Part shown: piece by piece, positions 28,426-38,961 of the stretch
Layout: the number at the start of each line of letters is the position of its first letter
How positions within the stretch are numbered: position 1 is the stretch's first letter
DNA from: Acidilobaceae archaeon
GTDB lineage: Archaea > Thermoproteota > Thermoprotei_A > Sulfolobales > Acidilobaceae
Direction: 5' to 3'
Length of the DNA stretch: 64,000 bases
Assembly (NCBI GenBank): GCA_038897215.1
Contig: JAWAWX010000001.1
Location: 480,001 to 544,000 of the forward strand
Made by a program: the position numbers and the translations under genes
Notes under the pieces: model-generated
Database searches by the model: none
What the model was told of the DNA's origin: nothing
The model's input: the letters and a program-made list of their open reading frames with translations, nothing else

Positions 28426-29676
28426 TTGATTGGTGACGGTTCTCTTCTGAGAGCATACGCCATAACTCATAGGCGGTGCCCTCTCGCAGAGATAAGCAGT
28501 CTCGGTAGGAGGAGAGACGAGCTATACTCGAGGCTAAAGGAGGAGGCTCGCGGTCTCGTCATTCTATCTACCTGCAATAGGTTCGAGGTGTACGCTGACT
28601 CTCCCTCAGCCTCTTTCGAGCCAGCTTTGAGAAGTCTTCTAGGCGAGAGTTCCTCACATCTAGACGTCTACGAGGGTCTTAGCGCTGTCAGGCACCTAAT
28701 CGAGGTAGCCTCTGGCCTCGACTCCCAGGTCCTGGGGGAGCAGGAGATACTAGGGCAGGTGAGAGAAGCCTGGCTCTACGCTAGGAGGGCTAGAGCGTCC
28801 TCGAAGCTTCTCGACTACGTCTTCTCGAGAGCTCTACGCGCGGCGAGACGTGTGAGGAGAGAGACTAGGATAGGCTGGGGGGTCGTGGGGTACCCTCAGG
28901 CGGGCATAGAGCTTCTCGCTGCTAAGCTCGGGGGGCTGAACGGGAGAGTCGTAGTGCTAGTGGGAGCTGGCCAGGCCGGGGAGGCGGCACTAAGGCATCT
29001 CTGCAAGAAGTACGAGCCCTCTCGAGTGGTCTTAGTTAATAGAACTCTTGAGAGAGCCCGGGCTCTGACCACTCTATGCTCGAACCGCGAAGTGCAGGTA
29101 GAGAGCCTGGACTCTCTGGAGAGAGTCTTGAGCGAAGCAGACGCTGTATTCGTAGCCGTATCCGGAGGCCATAGGCTGGTCTCGCGGGATATAGTCGAGG
29201 CCTCTGGAGCGATCTTCGTCGACATCTCCCTCCCCCCCGTGGTCGAGAAGGTGCCCGGGAGAGTCTTCTACATGGAGGACGTTAGAGTCATCGCAGACGA
29301 GAACATGAAGATCAGGCTAAGCGAGGTCCCCAGAGCTCTATCCATAATCGAGGAGGAGGCGGCTAAGATCGAGAGGTTCCTGAACAGAGTCCCCGTAGAG
29401 GAGATGATCGCTGAGATGATGAAGAGAGTGAGGGAGCTCTACGTAGCCGAGGTGAGTAGGCTGACTGAAGCGGAAGGGGGGGTCTCCCGAGAGAAACTAG
29501 AGCTACTACTGGACAGCTACACTAGGAAGGTGCTGAGACCCCTCCTCTTATTCATGAGGTCGGGTGCCAGCAACGGTAACATGGAAGCCGTCAGAGGCAT
29601 TTATAGCCTCTATGTTAGAGAACTCGAAAGGATGACTAGAGGTGAGCGTGGGAGAGTTCCCTCTCCTAAGACCTAG
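28426..29676 (+). CDS. hemA: Glutamyl-tRNA reductase
   Basis: LSTCNRFEVY, SGLDSQVLGEQEILGQV, GAGQAG. Confidence 0.96.
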   Translation: MIGDGSLLRAYAITHRRCPLAEISSLGRRRDELYSRLKEEARGLVILSTCNRFEVYADSPSASFEPALRSLLGESSSHLDVYEGLSAVRHLIEVASGLDSQVLGEQEILGQVREAWLYARRARASSKLLDYVFSRALRAARRVRRETRIGWGVVGYPQAGIELLAAKLGGLNGRVVVLVGAGQAGEAALRHLCKKYEPSRVVLVNRTLERARALTTLCSNREVQVESLDSLERVLSEADAVFVAVSGGHRLVSRDIVEASGAIFVDISLPPVVEKVPGRVFYMEDVRVIADENMKIRLSEVPRALSIIEEEAAKIERFLNRVPVEEMIAEMMKRVRELYVAEVSRLTEAEGGVSREKLELLLDSYTRKVLRPLLLFMRSGASNGNMEAVRGIYSLYVRELERMTRGERGRVPSPKT

Positions 29677-30661
29677 GAGGCTCAGGCTCTCTAGAAGCGT
29701 TAGAGACGTAGTGGCCGAGACGAGACTCAGCCCCTCGGCCTTCATGCTGCCCGTCTTCGTCAACGAGAATCTCAGCAAGCCGGCTGAGACCCCGTCGCTC
29801 AAAGGGCACTACTACTACCCCCCCGAGTCTCCAGAGCTGGCTAGGCTCTTGAGCGAGGCTCTAGACCTGGGCGTCAAGTCCTTCCTCTTCTTCGGAGTAC
29901 CCTCGCACAAGGACTTCTACGGCTCTCAAGCATGGTCTAGAGATGGGGTCGTCCAGAGAGCCGTGAGGTTCATTAGGAGAGAGCTGGGCCAGGAGCCGGT
30001 GCTATTCTCAGACCTCTGTCTCTGCGGCTACACAGACCACGGGCACTGCGGGATACCGAAGCAGACAGCTAGAGGGCTTGTGATCGACAATGACGCAACG
30101 CTAGAGCTCTACGGCAGGATTGCTGTAAGCCAGGCCGAGGCCGGGGTAGACTTCGTGGCTCCCTCAGGCATGATGGATGGACAGGTCTCAGCGATCAGGA
30201 GAGCTCTAGATGAAGCCGGTTTCAGCGATGTCGGGATAATGGCGTACTCTGTTAAGTACGCTAGCGGCTTCTACGGACCCTTCAGAACAGTGATGGACTC
30301 TGCTCCACGATTCGGCGACAGGAGGAGCTACCAGATGGACCCGAGGAACGCTAGAGAGGCGATTAAGGAGGCCGCTCTAGATATAATGGAGGGAGCCGAT
30401 ATAATAATGGTCAAGCCTGCTCTCGCCTACTTAGACGTGATAGCGTTACTGAAAGAGAACTTTCCCCACGTCCCGCTAGCAGCCTACAATGTCAGCGGAG
30501 AGTACGCTATGGTGAAGACCGCGGGCGAAGCAGGAGTCGTGGATGAGAGAGTGGTCATGATGGAGGTCTTGACAGCTATAGCTAGAGCTGGAGCAGACAT
30601 AATCATAACCTACCACGCTCTCGAGGCGGCTAGGCTTCTGAGAGAAGGGTTCACGTTCTAG
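29642..30661 (+). CDS. hemB: Porphobilinogen synthase (Zn-type)
   Basis: RPRRLR, DLCLCGYTDHGHCG, APSGMMDG, MVKPALAYLD. Confidence 0.97.
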   Translation: MSVGEFPLLRPRRLRLSRSVRDVVAETRLSPSAFMLPVFVNENLSKPAETPSLKGHYYYPPESPELARLLSEALDLGVKSFLFFGVPSHKDFYGSQAWSRDGVVQRAVRFIRRELGQEPVLFSDLCLCGYTDHGHCGIPKQTARGLVIDNDATLELYGRIAVSQAEAGVDFVAPSGMMDGQVSAIRRALDEAGFSDVGIMAYSVKYASGFYGPFRTVMDSAPRFGDRRSYQMDPRNAREAIKEAALDIMEGADIIMVKPALAYLDVIALLKENFPHVPLAAYNVSGEYAMVKTAGEAGVVDERVVMMEVLTAIARAGADIIITYHALEAARLLREGFTF

Positions 30662-30663
30662 AG

Positions 30664-31959
30664 GTGGTAGCATTGCCTCGAAGCGAGGAACTCTTAGAGA
30701 GAGCTCTCCGAGTATTCCCCGGGGGGGTCAACAGCCCTGTTAGAGCCGCCGTCAAGCCCTACCCATTTTTCGTCGAGAAGGCTGAGGGGCCGTACATCTA
30801 CACTGTTGACGGAGAGAAGCTGATAGACTTGGTTCAAGCATATGGCCCCCTAATACTAGGGCATAGACACCCGGCTGTTGAGAAGGCTATACTAGAGCAG
30901 GTATCGAGAGGGTGGCTCTACGCTGCCCCATACGAGCTAGAGGTGAGGCTTGCTGAGAAAATCCTCGAATACGTGAATCCCCACGGCATGATCAGATTTG
31001 TGAACAGCGGTACTGAAGCTACGGCTCTAGCCATCAGGCTCGCTAGAGGCGTGACTAAGAGGAAGCTTGTACTGAAGTTCGATGGCTGCTATCACGGAGC
31101 TCACGACAGCGTTCTAGTAGCAGCTGGGAGCGCTGCTGAGCACTACGGAGTCCCTATGAGCGAGGGGGTCCCTGAGGAGGTCGCTAAGCTGACTCTCGTA
31201 GCCAGCTTTAACGACTTCGATGGCGTTGAGAGAGTCTTTAGAGAACATGGTGACAGAATAGCCGCGGTAATAGTTGAGCCGGTTTTAGGCAACATAGGAG
31301 TTATCTCTCCCAAAGAAGGATTCCTGAAGTTCTTGAGAGAACTCACTGAGAAGCATGGGGCCTTGCTGATATTCGATGAGGTGATCACGGGGTTCAGGCT
31401 GTCTCTGGGTGGAGCTCAGGAGTACTTCGGCGTCAAAGCAGACATAGTGACTCTAGGCAAGATAATAGGAGGAGGGATGCCGATAGGCGCTGTTGTAGCC
31501 AGCAGGGAGATCATGGAGAACATATCTCCGGCAGGCAGGGTCTTCAACGCTGGCACTTTCAACGCTCACCCTCTAGCCATGGCCGCAGGCTTAGCCACTA
31601 TAGAGGTTCTAGAGGAGGGAGAGGTCTACAGGGTAGCTGGTCACGCAGCCAGGTCTATAGCTAGAGCTCTCGAGGAGGCTTCTCAGAGCTCTAGGATAGA
31701 AGTCTACGTGAACCAAGTCGAAAGCATGCTGACCCCCTTCTTTACGAGCCGGGAGGTCTTCGACGCTAAGACCGCTAGAGCGAGCAACAGGAGTCTCTAC
31801 GAGAGGTTCCACGTGGAGATGAGGAAGAGAGGCGTGTTCGTGACTCCGAGCCAGTTCGAGGCTATATTCACAGGGCTACCCATAAGGGGCGAGGTGCTAG
31901 ACCACGTAATAGAAGCTATCCACGACTCCTTCAAGAGTCTCGGCGGGTCTGCGAGATGA
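30664..31959 (+). CDS. hemL: Glutamate-1-semialdehyde 2,1-aminomutase
   Basis: PGGVNSPVRA, NSGTEA, GCYHG, FDEVITGFR, GKIIGGG. Confidence 0.97.
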   Translation: MVALPRSEELLERALRVFPGGVNSPVRAAVKPYPFFVEKAEGPYIYTVDGEKLIDLVQAYGPLILGHRHPAVEKAILEQVSRGWLYAAPYELEVRLAEKILEYVNPHGMIRFVNSGTEATALAIRLARGVTKRKLVLKFDGCYHGAHDSVLVAAGSAAEHYGVPMSEGVPEEVAKLTLVASFNDFDGVERVFREHGDRIAAVIVEPVLGNIGVISPKEGFLKFLRELTEKHGALLIFDEVITGFRLSLGGAQEYFGVKADIVTLGKIIGGGMPIGAVVASREIMENISPAGRVFNAGTFNAHPLAMAAGLATIEVLEEGEVYRVAGHAARSIARALEEASQSSRIEVYVNQVESMLTPFFTSREVFDAKTARASNRSLYERFHVEMRKRGVFVTPSQFEAIFTGLPIRGEVLDHVIEAIHDSFKSLGGSAR

Positions 31960-32858
31960 AGGTAAGGGTAGCTACTAGAGGGAGTAGGCTGAGCATCGCT
32001 CAGACAATGCTGGCACTTGAGCACATAAAGCGCATATACCCAAAGCTAGAGTTCGAGATAGTCACGGTTAAAACTAAAGGCGATATCGTTCGCGACAAGC
32101 CTTTATACGAGATAGCCGACGTGGGCATCTTCGAGAAAGAGGTGAACCAAGCAGTGCTAAGGGGAGAGGCGGACATAGCCGTGCACAGCCTTAAAGACTT
32201 GCCCGGCAGGTTTTCCGAGGAGCTAGAGATAGTCTACGCTCCACCGAGAGACCCCCCATTCGACGCTATAGTATTCAGAAAAAGCTCCCCCAAGTCTCTA
32301 GAAGACCTCCCCCCGGGCTCCGTAGTCGGCACATCCAGCATCAGGAGAGCTGCTCAGATCAGGTTTGCAAACGATAGAGTCAGAGTGGAGAACATCAGGG
32401 GAAACGTGGACACGAGACTGAGGAAGCTCGAGAGCGGAGCATACGACGCTATAGTAGTCGCTGAAGCAGGCTTGTTGAGGCTAGGAGTAAGCATCAACTA
32501 CCAGAGGCTACCCCTAATCCCCTTCACTCCAGCTCCAGGGCAGGGCTTGATAGCAGTAGTCGCTCCCAGAGACAGCCCAATAGCGGAGATGCTGAGAGGG
32601 AGAGCTGATAGAGCGACCTGGTCTATGCTGGTTGCTGAGAGGAGCTTCGTCGAGACTCTCAGAGCAGGCTGTAAGGCTGCCGTGGGAGCCGTCTCTACGT
32701 ATAGAGAGGGAGAGCTGGTGATGGTCTCCTGCGTGCTCTCCCCCAGCGGCTCTAAGGGATTCTGGGTTAGAGCAAGAGAAGACGCCTCGAGAGCAGAGAA
32801 GCTAGGAGCGGCTCTAGCGGAGACTATCAAGAGCTACATGGACAAGGTGCTAGACTAG
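31956..32858 (+). CDS. hemC: Hydroxymethylbilane synthase
   Basis: ATRGSRLS, AVHSLKD, GTSSIRR, IRGNVDTR, AGC. Confidence 0.97.
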   Translation: MKVRVATRGSRLSIAQTMLALEHIKRIYPKLEFEIVTVKTKGDIVRDKPLYEIADVGIFEKEVNQAVLRGEADIAVHSLKDLPGRFSEELEIVYAPPRDPPFDAIVFRKSSPKSLEDLPPGSVVGTSSIRRAAQIRFANDRVRVENIRGNVDTRLRKLESGAYDAIVVAEAGLLRLGVSINYQRLPLIPFTPAPGQGLIAVVAPRDSPIAEMLRGRADRATWSMLVAERSFVETLRAGCKAAVGAVSTYREGELVMVSCVLSPSGSKGFWVRAREDASRAEKLGAALAETIKSYMDKVLD

Positions 32859-33598
32859 TGGCTGAGAGGAGAGGCAGAGTATACATCGTAGGAGGAGGCC
32901 CCGGCGACCCCGAGCTGATAACCGTAAAGGGGCTCAAGCTGGTTCGAGAAGCAGACGTGATACTCTACGATAGACTAGCCCCCAGGGGGGTGCTCAAGGA
33001 GGCTAAGCCGGGAGCAGTCTTGGTCGATGTCGGTAAGAAGCCGGGAGGAGGGGGGCCTAGCCAGGAGGAGATAAACAAGATGCTCGTAGACTACGCGATG
33101 AGAGGGATGCTTGTAGTGAGGCTGAAGGGAGGAGACCCCTACGTCTTCGGGAGAGGCGAGGAGGAGTGCTTATTCGTGAAGTCTCACGGGATAGACTGCG
33201 AGGTAGTCCCGGGAGTGCCTAGTTTCATCGCTGCTGCTGCGAGAAGCGGGGTTCCGCTAACTAGTAGAGGCTTATCCTCAAGTTTCGCTGTAGTGACGGG
33301 GCAGGAGGACCCCGGTAAGGGCTTCAAGGCTGTTGACTTGGCTAAAGTGGCTTCAGCAGTTGACGTGATCGTCATCCTCATGGGAGTGTCAAGAGCTCGA
33401 GAGATCCTAGAGGAGATAGCCTCTGTGAGAGGCTACCAGGAGCTCGCAGCCGTCGTCATCAGAGCGACTATGGAGAGCGAGAAGGTGATAGCCGGAACCA
33501 TAGAAGACCTGATAGAAGCTTCTGAGAGAGGAGAGCTCGAGAATCCAGCCGTGATAATAGTGGGGAGAACGGTGGCTCTACGTGAGAAGCTCGCGTGA
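32858..33598 (+). CDS. cobA: Uroporphyrinogen-III C-methyltransferase
   Basis: VGGGPGDPELIT, RLKGGDPYVFGRGEEE, VPGV. Confidence 0.95.
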   Translation: MAERRGRVYIVGGGPGDPELITVKGLKLVREADVILYDRLAPRGVLKEAKPGAVLVDVGKKPGGGGPSQEEINKMLVDYAMRGMLVVRLKGGDPYVFGRGEEECLFVKSHGIDCEVVPGVPSFIAAAARSGVPLTSRGLSSSFAVVTGQEDPGKGFKAVDLAKVASAVDVIVILMGVSRAREILEEIASVRGYQELAAVVIRATMESEKVIAGTIEDLIEASERGELENPAVIIVGRTVALREKLA

Positions 33599-34346
33599 AA
33601 GAGCCGAGGTCCTGGTCTTCTCGCCCGACGACTCTCTGCTGAGAGACCTAGAAGCTGAGGGTGTGACCGCGCGCTGGATACCTCTCATCGAGCTCGCTCC
33701 TAGAAGAGGCGCCTCTCTAGAGGTTCTGAGGGCTCTCGAGGAGTGTAGAGTAGTAGCGTTCACTAGCCCTAGAGCTCTCGCAATCCTCCTAGAGGACGCT
33801 AGAGAGCAGAGAGTAGAGGATAGGCTACTGGAGGCTCTGAGAGGTAGCGTAGTCGGAGTAGCTGGCCCCAAGACTCTCAGAGCTGTAGAGGAGGCTCTCG
33901 GGAGACCGCCAGACGTCGTGGCTCCAGAGCCCTATGCTCGGAGTCTAGCTCGAGAGATAGCTAGAAGAGGGTATGATTGCGTAGTCGCTGCTAGGTCTGC
34001 TGCTGGAGTTAGGGAGTTCGCTGAAGAGCTAGAGAGTGGTGGAGTAAAGCTTCTCGAAGTTCCCGTCTACGAGCCTAGAGTCAAGAACGAGTCTATCGAG
34101 ATTTTAAGAGAGAGATTAGAGAACTCCAAGCGGCTCGTATTAGCTCTAACGAGCCCAATGATAGCTGAAATTGTCTGCAGCGTTCTAGAGGAGATAGGTA
34201 TCCGAGACGCGCGACTAGTAGCCATCGGAGCTACCACGGCTAGAGCTGTAGAGTCTAGGTGCCCTCCTCAAGCTGAGCTGAGAGTAGGCGATGGAACTCC
34301 CGCTACTCTAGCTAGAATGATAGCTGTGCTCGTGGGAAGCGTGTAG
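33582..34346 (+). CDS. hemD: Uroporphyrinogen-III synthase
   Basis: IPLIEL, AFTSPRA, GPKT, PVY, TSP, AIGATTA. Confidence 0.88.
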   Translation: MRSSRERAEVLVFSPDDSLLRDLEAEGVTARWIPLIELAPRRGASLEVLRALEECRVVAFTSPRALAILLEDAREQRVEDRLLEALRGSVVGVAGPKTLRAVEEALGRPPDVVAPEPYARSLAREIARRGYDCVVAARSAAGVREFAEELESGGVKLLEVPVYEPRVKNESIEILRERLENSKRLVLALTSPMIAEIVCSVLEEIGIRDARLVAIGATTARAVESRCPPQAELRVGDGTPATLARMIAVLVGSV

Positions 34347-34355
34347 AGCAGAGAG

Positions 34356-35618
34356 CTAGGATGACTCGATGAACTCTACTAGTTGCTCTGTGTACTCGCT
34401 CGTCTTCAGTACAGTCGCTCCAGCCATATGCCTGGCAAGGTCTTGAGTTACTTTCTTCTCAGCTATGGCTCTCCTCACCGCTCTCTCTACTATCTCGCTC
34501 ACCTCTCTCCAGCCCAGGAAGTAGCTCACGAGAAGCGATGCTGAGAGTATTGCTGCTGTAGGGTTGGCTACACCCATGCCGGCATACTTTGGCGCGCTTC
34601 CGTGAACAGGCTCAGCTACAGCTATCCCATCGCCCATGTTGAGTCCTGGAGCTATGCCTACTCCTCCCTCTAGAGCTGCTACAGCATCCGTTATTATATC
34701 GCCAGCCACGTTAGGCGTGACGAGTATCTCGTAGTCCCAGGGTCTAGTTATCAGTTGCTGGATCATGTTGTCTGTTATCCTATCGTTGACTAGGATCTTG
34801 TTTGGAGGAACTACTCCTCCATAGAGCATATTCACCTCCTCCTCTGTGACAACATAGTCTCTGAACTCTCTGAGAGCGAGTTCGTAAGCCCACTTCACGA
34901 AAGCTCCTTCAGTGTACTTCATCACGTTACCCTTGTGAACTATGGTGACTCTCTTGTTCCCATTGGCTATAGCCCATTTGAGAGCAGCTCTCATTATTCT
35001 CTCAGTACCCGTTCTGCTTATCACCTTCAAGCCTAGTCCAGCGTCACTTCTAACTCTTATCCCGAACCTCTTACTCAAGAAGTCTCTAATCTCCTCGGCT
35101 TCGAGGCTATCCCACTGCCACTCTATCCCGACATAGAGGTCCTCTGTATTCTCTCTAAACACGACGACGTCCAGCTTATCGGCATACACGAAAGGAGCCG
35201 GTTGCCCGTACCACTTCATCGGTCTTATGTTAGCGTAGAGGTCTAGAGCTATTCTGAGAGCAACATTGACACTCCTCCACCCAGAGCCCACAGGGGTCGT
35301 CATGGGGCCCTTCAATCCCGCTCTTATGACTCTAAGAGCCTCTATAGTAGCGAGTGGGAGTCTCTCACCGCAGAGCTCTTGAGCCTTATCTCCGGCTAGT
35401 AGCTCTACCCACTTAATCCTCCTCTTGCCTCCATAAGCTCTCCTTACTGCAACATCTATTACCCTAATAGCGCTAGACACGACTTCTGGACCTATACCGT
35501 CTCCTTCGATAAACGCTATCGTCGGCTCCTCGGGTACAAGTAATCTACCATTATCATACCTGATCAGAGATTCTCGCTCGAGAACCTGGAGGTCGCTGAG
35601 TTCACAAATCCGCATCAA
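34356..35618 (-). CDS. icd: Isocitrate dehydrogenase
   Basis: IEGDGIG, KGPMTTPVG, RENTEDLY, VHKGNVMKYTEG, EPVHGSAPKYAG. Confidence 0.95.
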   Translation of the reverse strand: MMRICELSDLQVLERESLIRYDNGRLLVPEEPTIAFIEGDGIGPEVVSSAIRVIDVAVRRAYGGKRRIKWVELLAGDKAQELCGERLPLATIEALRVIRAGLKGPMTTPVGSGWRSVNVALRIALDLYANIRPMKWYGQPAPFVYADKLDVVVFRENTEDLYVGIEWQWDSLEAEEIRDFLSKRFGIRVRSDAGLGLKVISRTGTERIMRAALKWAIANGNKRVTIVHKGNVMKYTEGAFVKWAYELALREFRDYVVTEEEVNMLYGGVVPPNKILVNDRITDNMIQQLITRPWDYEILVTPNVAGDIITDAVAALEGGVGIAPGLNMGDGIAVAEPVHGSAPKYAGMGVANPTAAILSASLLVSYFLGWREVSEIVERAVRRAIAEKKVTQDLARHMAGATVLKTSEYTEQLVEFIESS

Positions 35619-35754
35619 CCGTGGAAACCCCCAGAGCCTCTCGGAGGAGAAACTCTGTGCCTAATATCTACCATAGCTGGCTCAGCTGTTGACCCGAGAG
35701 GCGGAGGTCTTTTTAGGCAGGTAGCACTCTTCCCCCTTCCTTGGAGATAGAGGC

Positions 35755-37044
35755 GTGGGGAGTAGCGAAATCTGGAGTGAGCTACTGGCATTCGATGATG
35801 TGGCTGTTGTGCCGGGGAAGGCTTTTATCGAGCCGAGTCAGGTGGATTTGAAGAGCAGATTCTCTAAAAGCGTTGAGCTCTCAATCCCCATAGCTTCTAG
35901 CCCAATGGATACCGTGACTGAGTGGAGGCTAGCCACAGCTCTTGCTAGAGTAGGGGCTCTAGGAGTGATACATAGGAACCTTAGTGTAGAAGAGCAGGTG
36001 TCTCAGGTTCTGAGAGTGAAGAGCGAAGACCCCGGGATAGATAGGGAGGTTTTGATAGCCACGGGTGGCGATGTGAGAGAGCTCGTCGCGAGAGCTAGTA
36101 GAGAGGGTGTGGCATCAGCTCTGATCATGAGCGGCAAAGAGCCTCTAGCTGTGCTAGCTCTAGACGTAGGTAATGTAGAGTACTGGTTGGATAAAGCGCT
36201 CGGGTTAGCTAAGCTCGTCAAGCTAGTGGACATAGAACCGGCTTTAGATGAGAAGGGGAGGCTGAGAGTGGCTGCCGCAATCAGCCCCTTCGACTACGAG
36301 AGGATCACTAGGCTCGATTCTGTTGAAGTAGACGCTCTAGTAGTTGACGTCGCGCACGCGCATAACGAAAACGTCATCTCCTCTCTAGCCAACATCTCGA
36401 GAGAGCTCAGAGCAGACCTAGTAGTTGGAAACGTTGGATCGAAGGAAGCTGTAGTCGAGTACGTGTCGAGACTAGAGAAGATAGATGGTTTTAGAGTAGG
36501 CATAGGTAGCGGTAGCATATGCTCTACAGCTGAAACAACAGGAGCCTACATGCCGACACTAACAGCAGTTCTAGAGGCTAGAAGAGGGCTAGAAGAGGTA
36601 GGTTTGTGGGAGAAAGTGCCGATCATAGCAGATGGGGGGATTAGAGGAGCCTCGGACGCCGTTAAAGCATTCATCGCTGGAGCTTCATCTATAATGTCGG
36701 GCAGGCTCTTCGCTGGAGTAGAGGAATCAGCTGGTCTGAAGCTACGAATAGGAGATAGAGTATACAAACAGTATAGAGGGATGGCGAGCAAGGGGGCTAT
36801 GGAGAAGAGATTCGCTAGCGACAGGTACTCCAGACCCTCGAAGTCGATACTCGAGGGGGTAGAGGGCTTAGTCCCGTATGCTGGTAGCGTATACTCCATC
36901 ATAGCAGAGCTAGTAGCTGGGATAAAAGCAGGACTCGGGTATGCTGGCGCTAGAAACGTGAGAGAGTCTTGGAACTGCAGGCTAGCTAGGCTTACATCAG
37001 CCTCCAAGACGGAAGCTGGACCTCACGACGTGATAGTTAGGTGA
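35755..37044 (+). CDS. guaB: IMP dehydrogenase
   Basis: SSPMDTVTE, GVIHRN, DVAHAH, GIGSGSICST, IADGG, YRGMAS, EGVEG. Confidence 0.92.
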   Translation: MGSSEIWSELLAFDDVAVVPGKAFIEPSQVDLKSRFSKSVELSIPIASSPMDTVTEWRLATALARVGALGVIHRNLSVEEQVSQVLRVKSEDPGIDREVLIATGGDVRELVARASREGVASALIMSGKEPLAVLALDVGNVEYWLDKALGLAKLVKLVDIEPALDEKGRLRVAAAISPFDYERITRLDSVEVDALVVDVAHAHNENVISSLANISRELRADLVVGNVGSKEAVVEYVSRLEKIDGFRVGIGSGSICSTAETTGAYMPTLTAVLEARRGLEEVGLWEKVPIIADGGIRGASDAVKAFIAGASSIMSGRLFAGVEESAGLKLRIGDRVYKQYRGMASKGAMEKRFASDRYSRPSKSILEGVEGLVPYAGSVYSIIAELVAGIKAGLGYAGARNVRESWNCRLARLTSASKTEAGPHDVIVR

Positions 37045-37054
37045 ATAGCTAGAA

Positions 37055-37615
37055 ATGCCTAGTGCTAAAGTCACGATCACAAGATTCAATAGGAGTATCT
37101 TAAAGCTGGGAGCACTCACGATAACAGTCCTCGAGCCCGCAGAGACTACAGTCGAGCAGATAGAGGGAGATATAATCGAGATTCTAGCTAGAGTCAGTGA
37201 AAACGAGGTCATGCAAGAAAATACTGCATACGTCGTAGCAGAGATAGTCGGAATGGGGGCAAAGCTTGTCTACGGGGATACGAGGACAAGAAGCAAGGAA
37301 AAACTTCTACTCCCACGCCCAGCGAAGCTAGCTAGAGTAGGAGTTGTTAAGACTAGTTCGCTAAAATACGACTCCAGGCTCGGAGGAGTAGTCTTTAGAG
37401 AAGAGGACATAGAGTGGTACACTGTACCCCGTGAAGTCTACGTCTTCGACCCGCGTCTAGAGATAGGGGAAGACGTAGCTTTCGTTATACTAGAGACAGA
37501 TTTGGGTAGAACAATAGTCAAGACCGCAGACCTATCGAAGTTCACCACAATAGAGTCTACAGAGGTGACACTAGCACCCAGCATTGACGAAGCTCCTTCC
37601 TCACGTGAGAAATGA
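37055..37615 (+). CDS. Hypothetical protein
   Basis: 186-aa ORF with ATG and AGGTGA ribosome-binding site, co-directional with guaB. Confidence 0.75.
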   Translation: MPSAKVTITRFNRSILKLGALTITVLEPAETTVEQIEGDIIEILARVSENEVMQENTAYVVAEIVGMGAKLVYGDTRTRSKEKLLLPRPAKLARVGVVKTSSLKYDSRLGGVVFREEDIEWYTVPREVYVFDPRLEIGEDVAFVILETDLGRTIVKTADLSKFTTIESTEVTLAPSIDEAPSSREK

Positions 37616-37749
37616 ATAATGGGGGGAGATCAGACCGGGAAATCTGTGGTTCTTATTGCAATCACGTATAACGGTATCAGAGCCTAATCATTTAAAAGGC
37701 TCTAGACTCTATTACTATTATACAATAGTTCTCTTGGTGAACAGTTTAA

Positions 37750-38487
37750 GTGAATGCTAAACCTAAGGTATTGATAGTAAACGGTTCTCCGAGAAAGTAC
37801 GGGTCTTCCGCTAAGCTCGCGAACGTAGCTGCTAAAGGGGTAGCTGACGCTGGTGGAGTAGCAGAGATCGTGTACCTCTACGACTATAATATAAAGCCGT
37901 GCATAGGCTGCATTTCGGATAACTCGAGATACTGCGCTTTCCCGTGCATAGTGAGTGATGACGATTTTAATAAGATAGGAGAGAAAGTGCTATACTCCGA
38001 TGGCCTTATCTTAGCGACTCCCGTTTACTGGTACGGCCCCACGGGTGTCTTGAAGAACTTCATAGATAGACTTACAAGCATGGAGAACATGATATTCCAC
38101 AAGCCGCGTAGGAGCCTACTAGAAGGTAAAGTCGCGGGGTTTATTGCCGCTGGCTTAGATTCAGGAGTTCTCATGACTATAGCTTATCTCATGTCTGTGC
38201 TAAACAGTATGGGTGCTATTATACCGCCTTGGGGTATGGCTTATACTCATAGCGAGAACGTAGATGCAGATGAGAGTGCATTAAGAGACGCGTATAATGT
38301 CGGGTATCTAGTTGTAGAGACTGTAAAAGCGCTTAAAGCTTATGGAAAACATATCGGTTACAAGCCGGATGTCGTGGTAGAAGAGCTCGCTAAGATAGCT
38401 AAAACGACTCTCGAAGAACATACAAGGAGCTCTAGGATTATGTGGATCGATAGCATGTTCAAGAAGAGTTCTATCTCACAGTCCTGA
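37750..38487 (+). CDS. Flavodoxin family / iron-sulfur flavoprotein (NADPH-dependent FMN reductase fold)
   Basis: NGSPRKYGSS, PCIGC...C..C..DD, ATPVYWY, LKNFIDR. Confidence 0.9.
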   Translation: MNAKPKVLIVNGSPRKYGSSAKLANVAAKGVADAGGVAEIVYLYDYNIKPCIGCISDNSRYCAFPCIVSDDDFNKIGEKVLYSDGLILATPVYWYGPTGVLKNFIDRLTSMENMIFHKPRRSLLEGKVAGFIAAGLDSGVLMTIAYLMSVLNSMGAIIPPWGMAYTHSENVDADESALRDAYNVGYLVVETVKALKAYGKHIGYKPDVVVEELAKIAKTTLEEHTRSSRIMWIDSMFKKSSISQS

Positions 38488-38637
38488 AGCAGAGGAAAAG
38501 CCTGGTCGTGCTTCGACTTCTTGCAGAAATCGATGACAATTTCGGTCGTGCTACTTAATTGGTGATCACGCTATAGATGAAGGGATGTCTCGAGACAATC
38601 TTTACTTCGATAAGACGCTAAATCCAGAACAGTAAGA

Positions 38638-38961
38638 CTAAGAGTTCTCGATGTCTAGCCTCTTAGATGAGCGAAGAACTCTCTCCGACTCTAGGAAGAC
38701 TAGATGAATAACCATGTCTTTATGTGAACGAGTAAGGTGAAGAAAGTATCCTCTCTTAGTAGTGAAGACTCTACCACAGAGAGGGCACTTAAATGAAGAA
38801 CCTATGAGGACTCTTAGTTGGAGCCCCACGTTTCTGACAGCGTCGAGCAGATGTTTTGAGAGCAGTGGACTACAGTAGCTCTCGGGCTCAGTTAGAGCTG
38901 AAGCTATGGAGGCAACACCCCTCACTACCTCTTGCTCAACCAGCTTGTTTAGCGCGCTCAA
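38638..38961 (-). CDS. C2H2 zinc-finger protein
   Basis: FKCPLCGRVFTTKRGYFLHLTRSH. Confidence 0.8.
   Translation of the reverse strand: MSALNKLVEQEVVRGVASIASALTEPESYCSPLLSKHLLDAVRNVGLQLRVLIGSSFKCPLCGRVFTTKRGYFLHLTRSHKDMVIHLVFLESERVLRSSKRLDIENS

Noticed and set aside
35637-35703. 9-bp inverted repeat GCCTCTCGG/CCGAGAGGC between icd and guaB as a possible H/ACA RNA
   Set aside because: No ACA tail or K-turn was identifiable.
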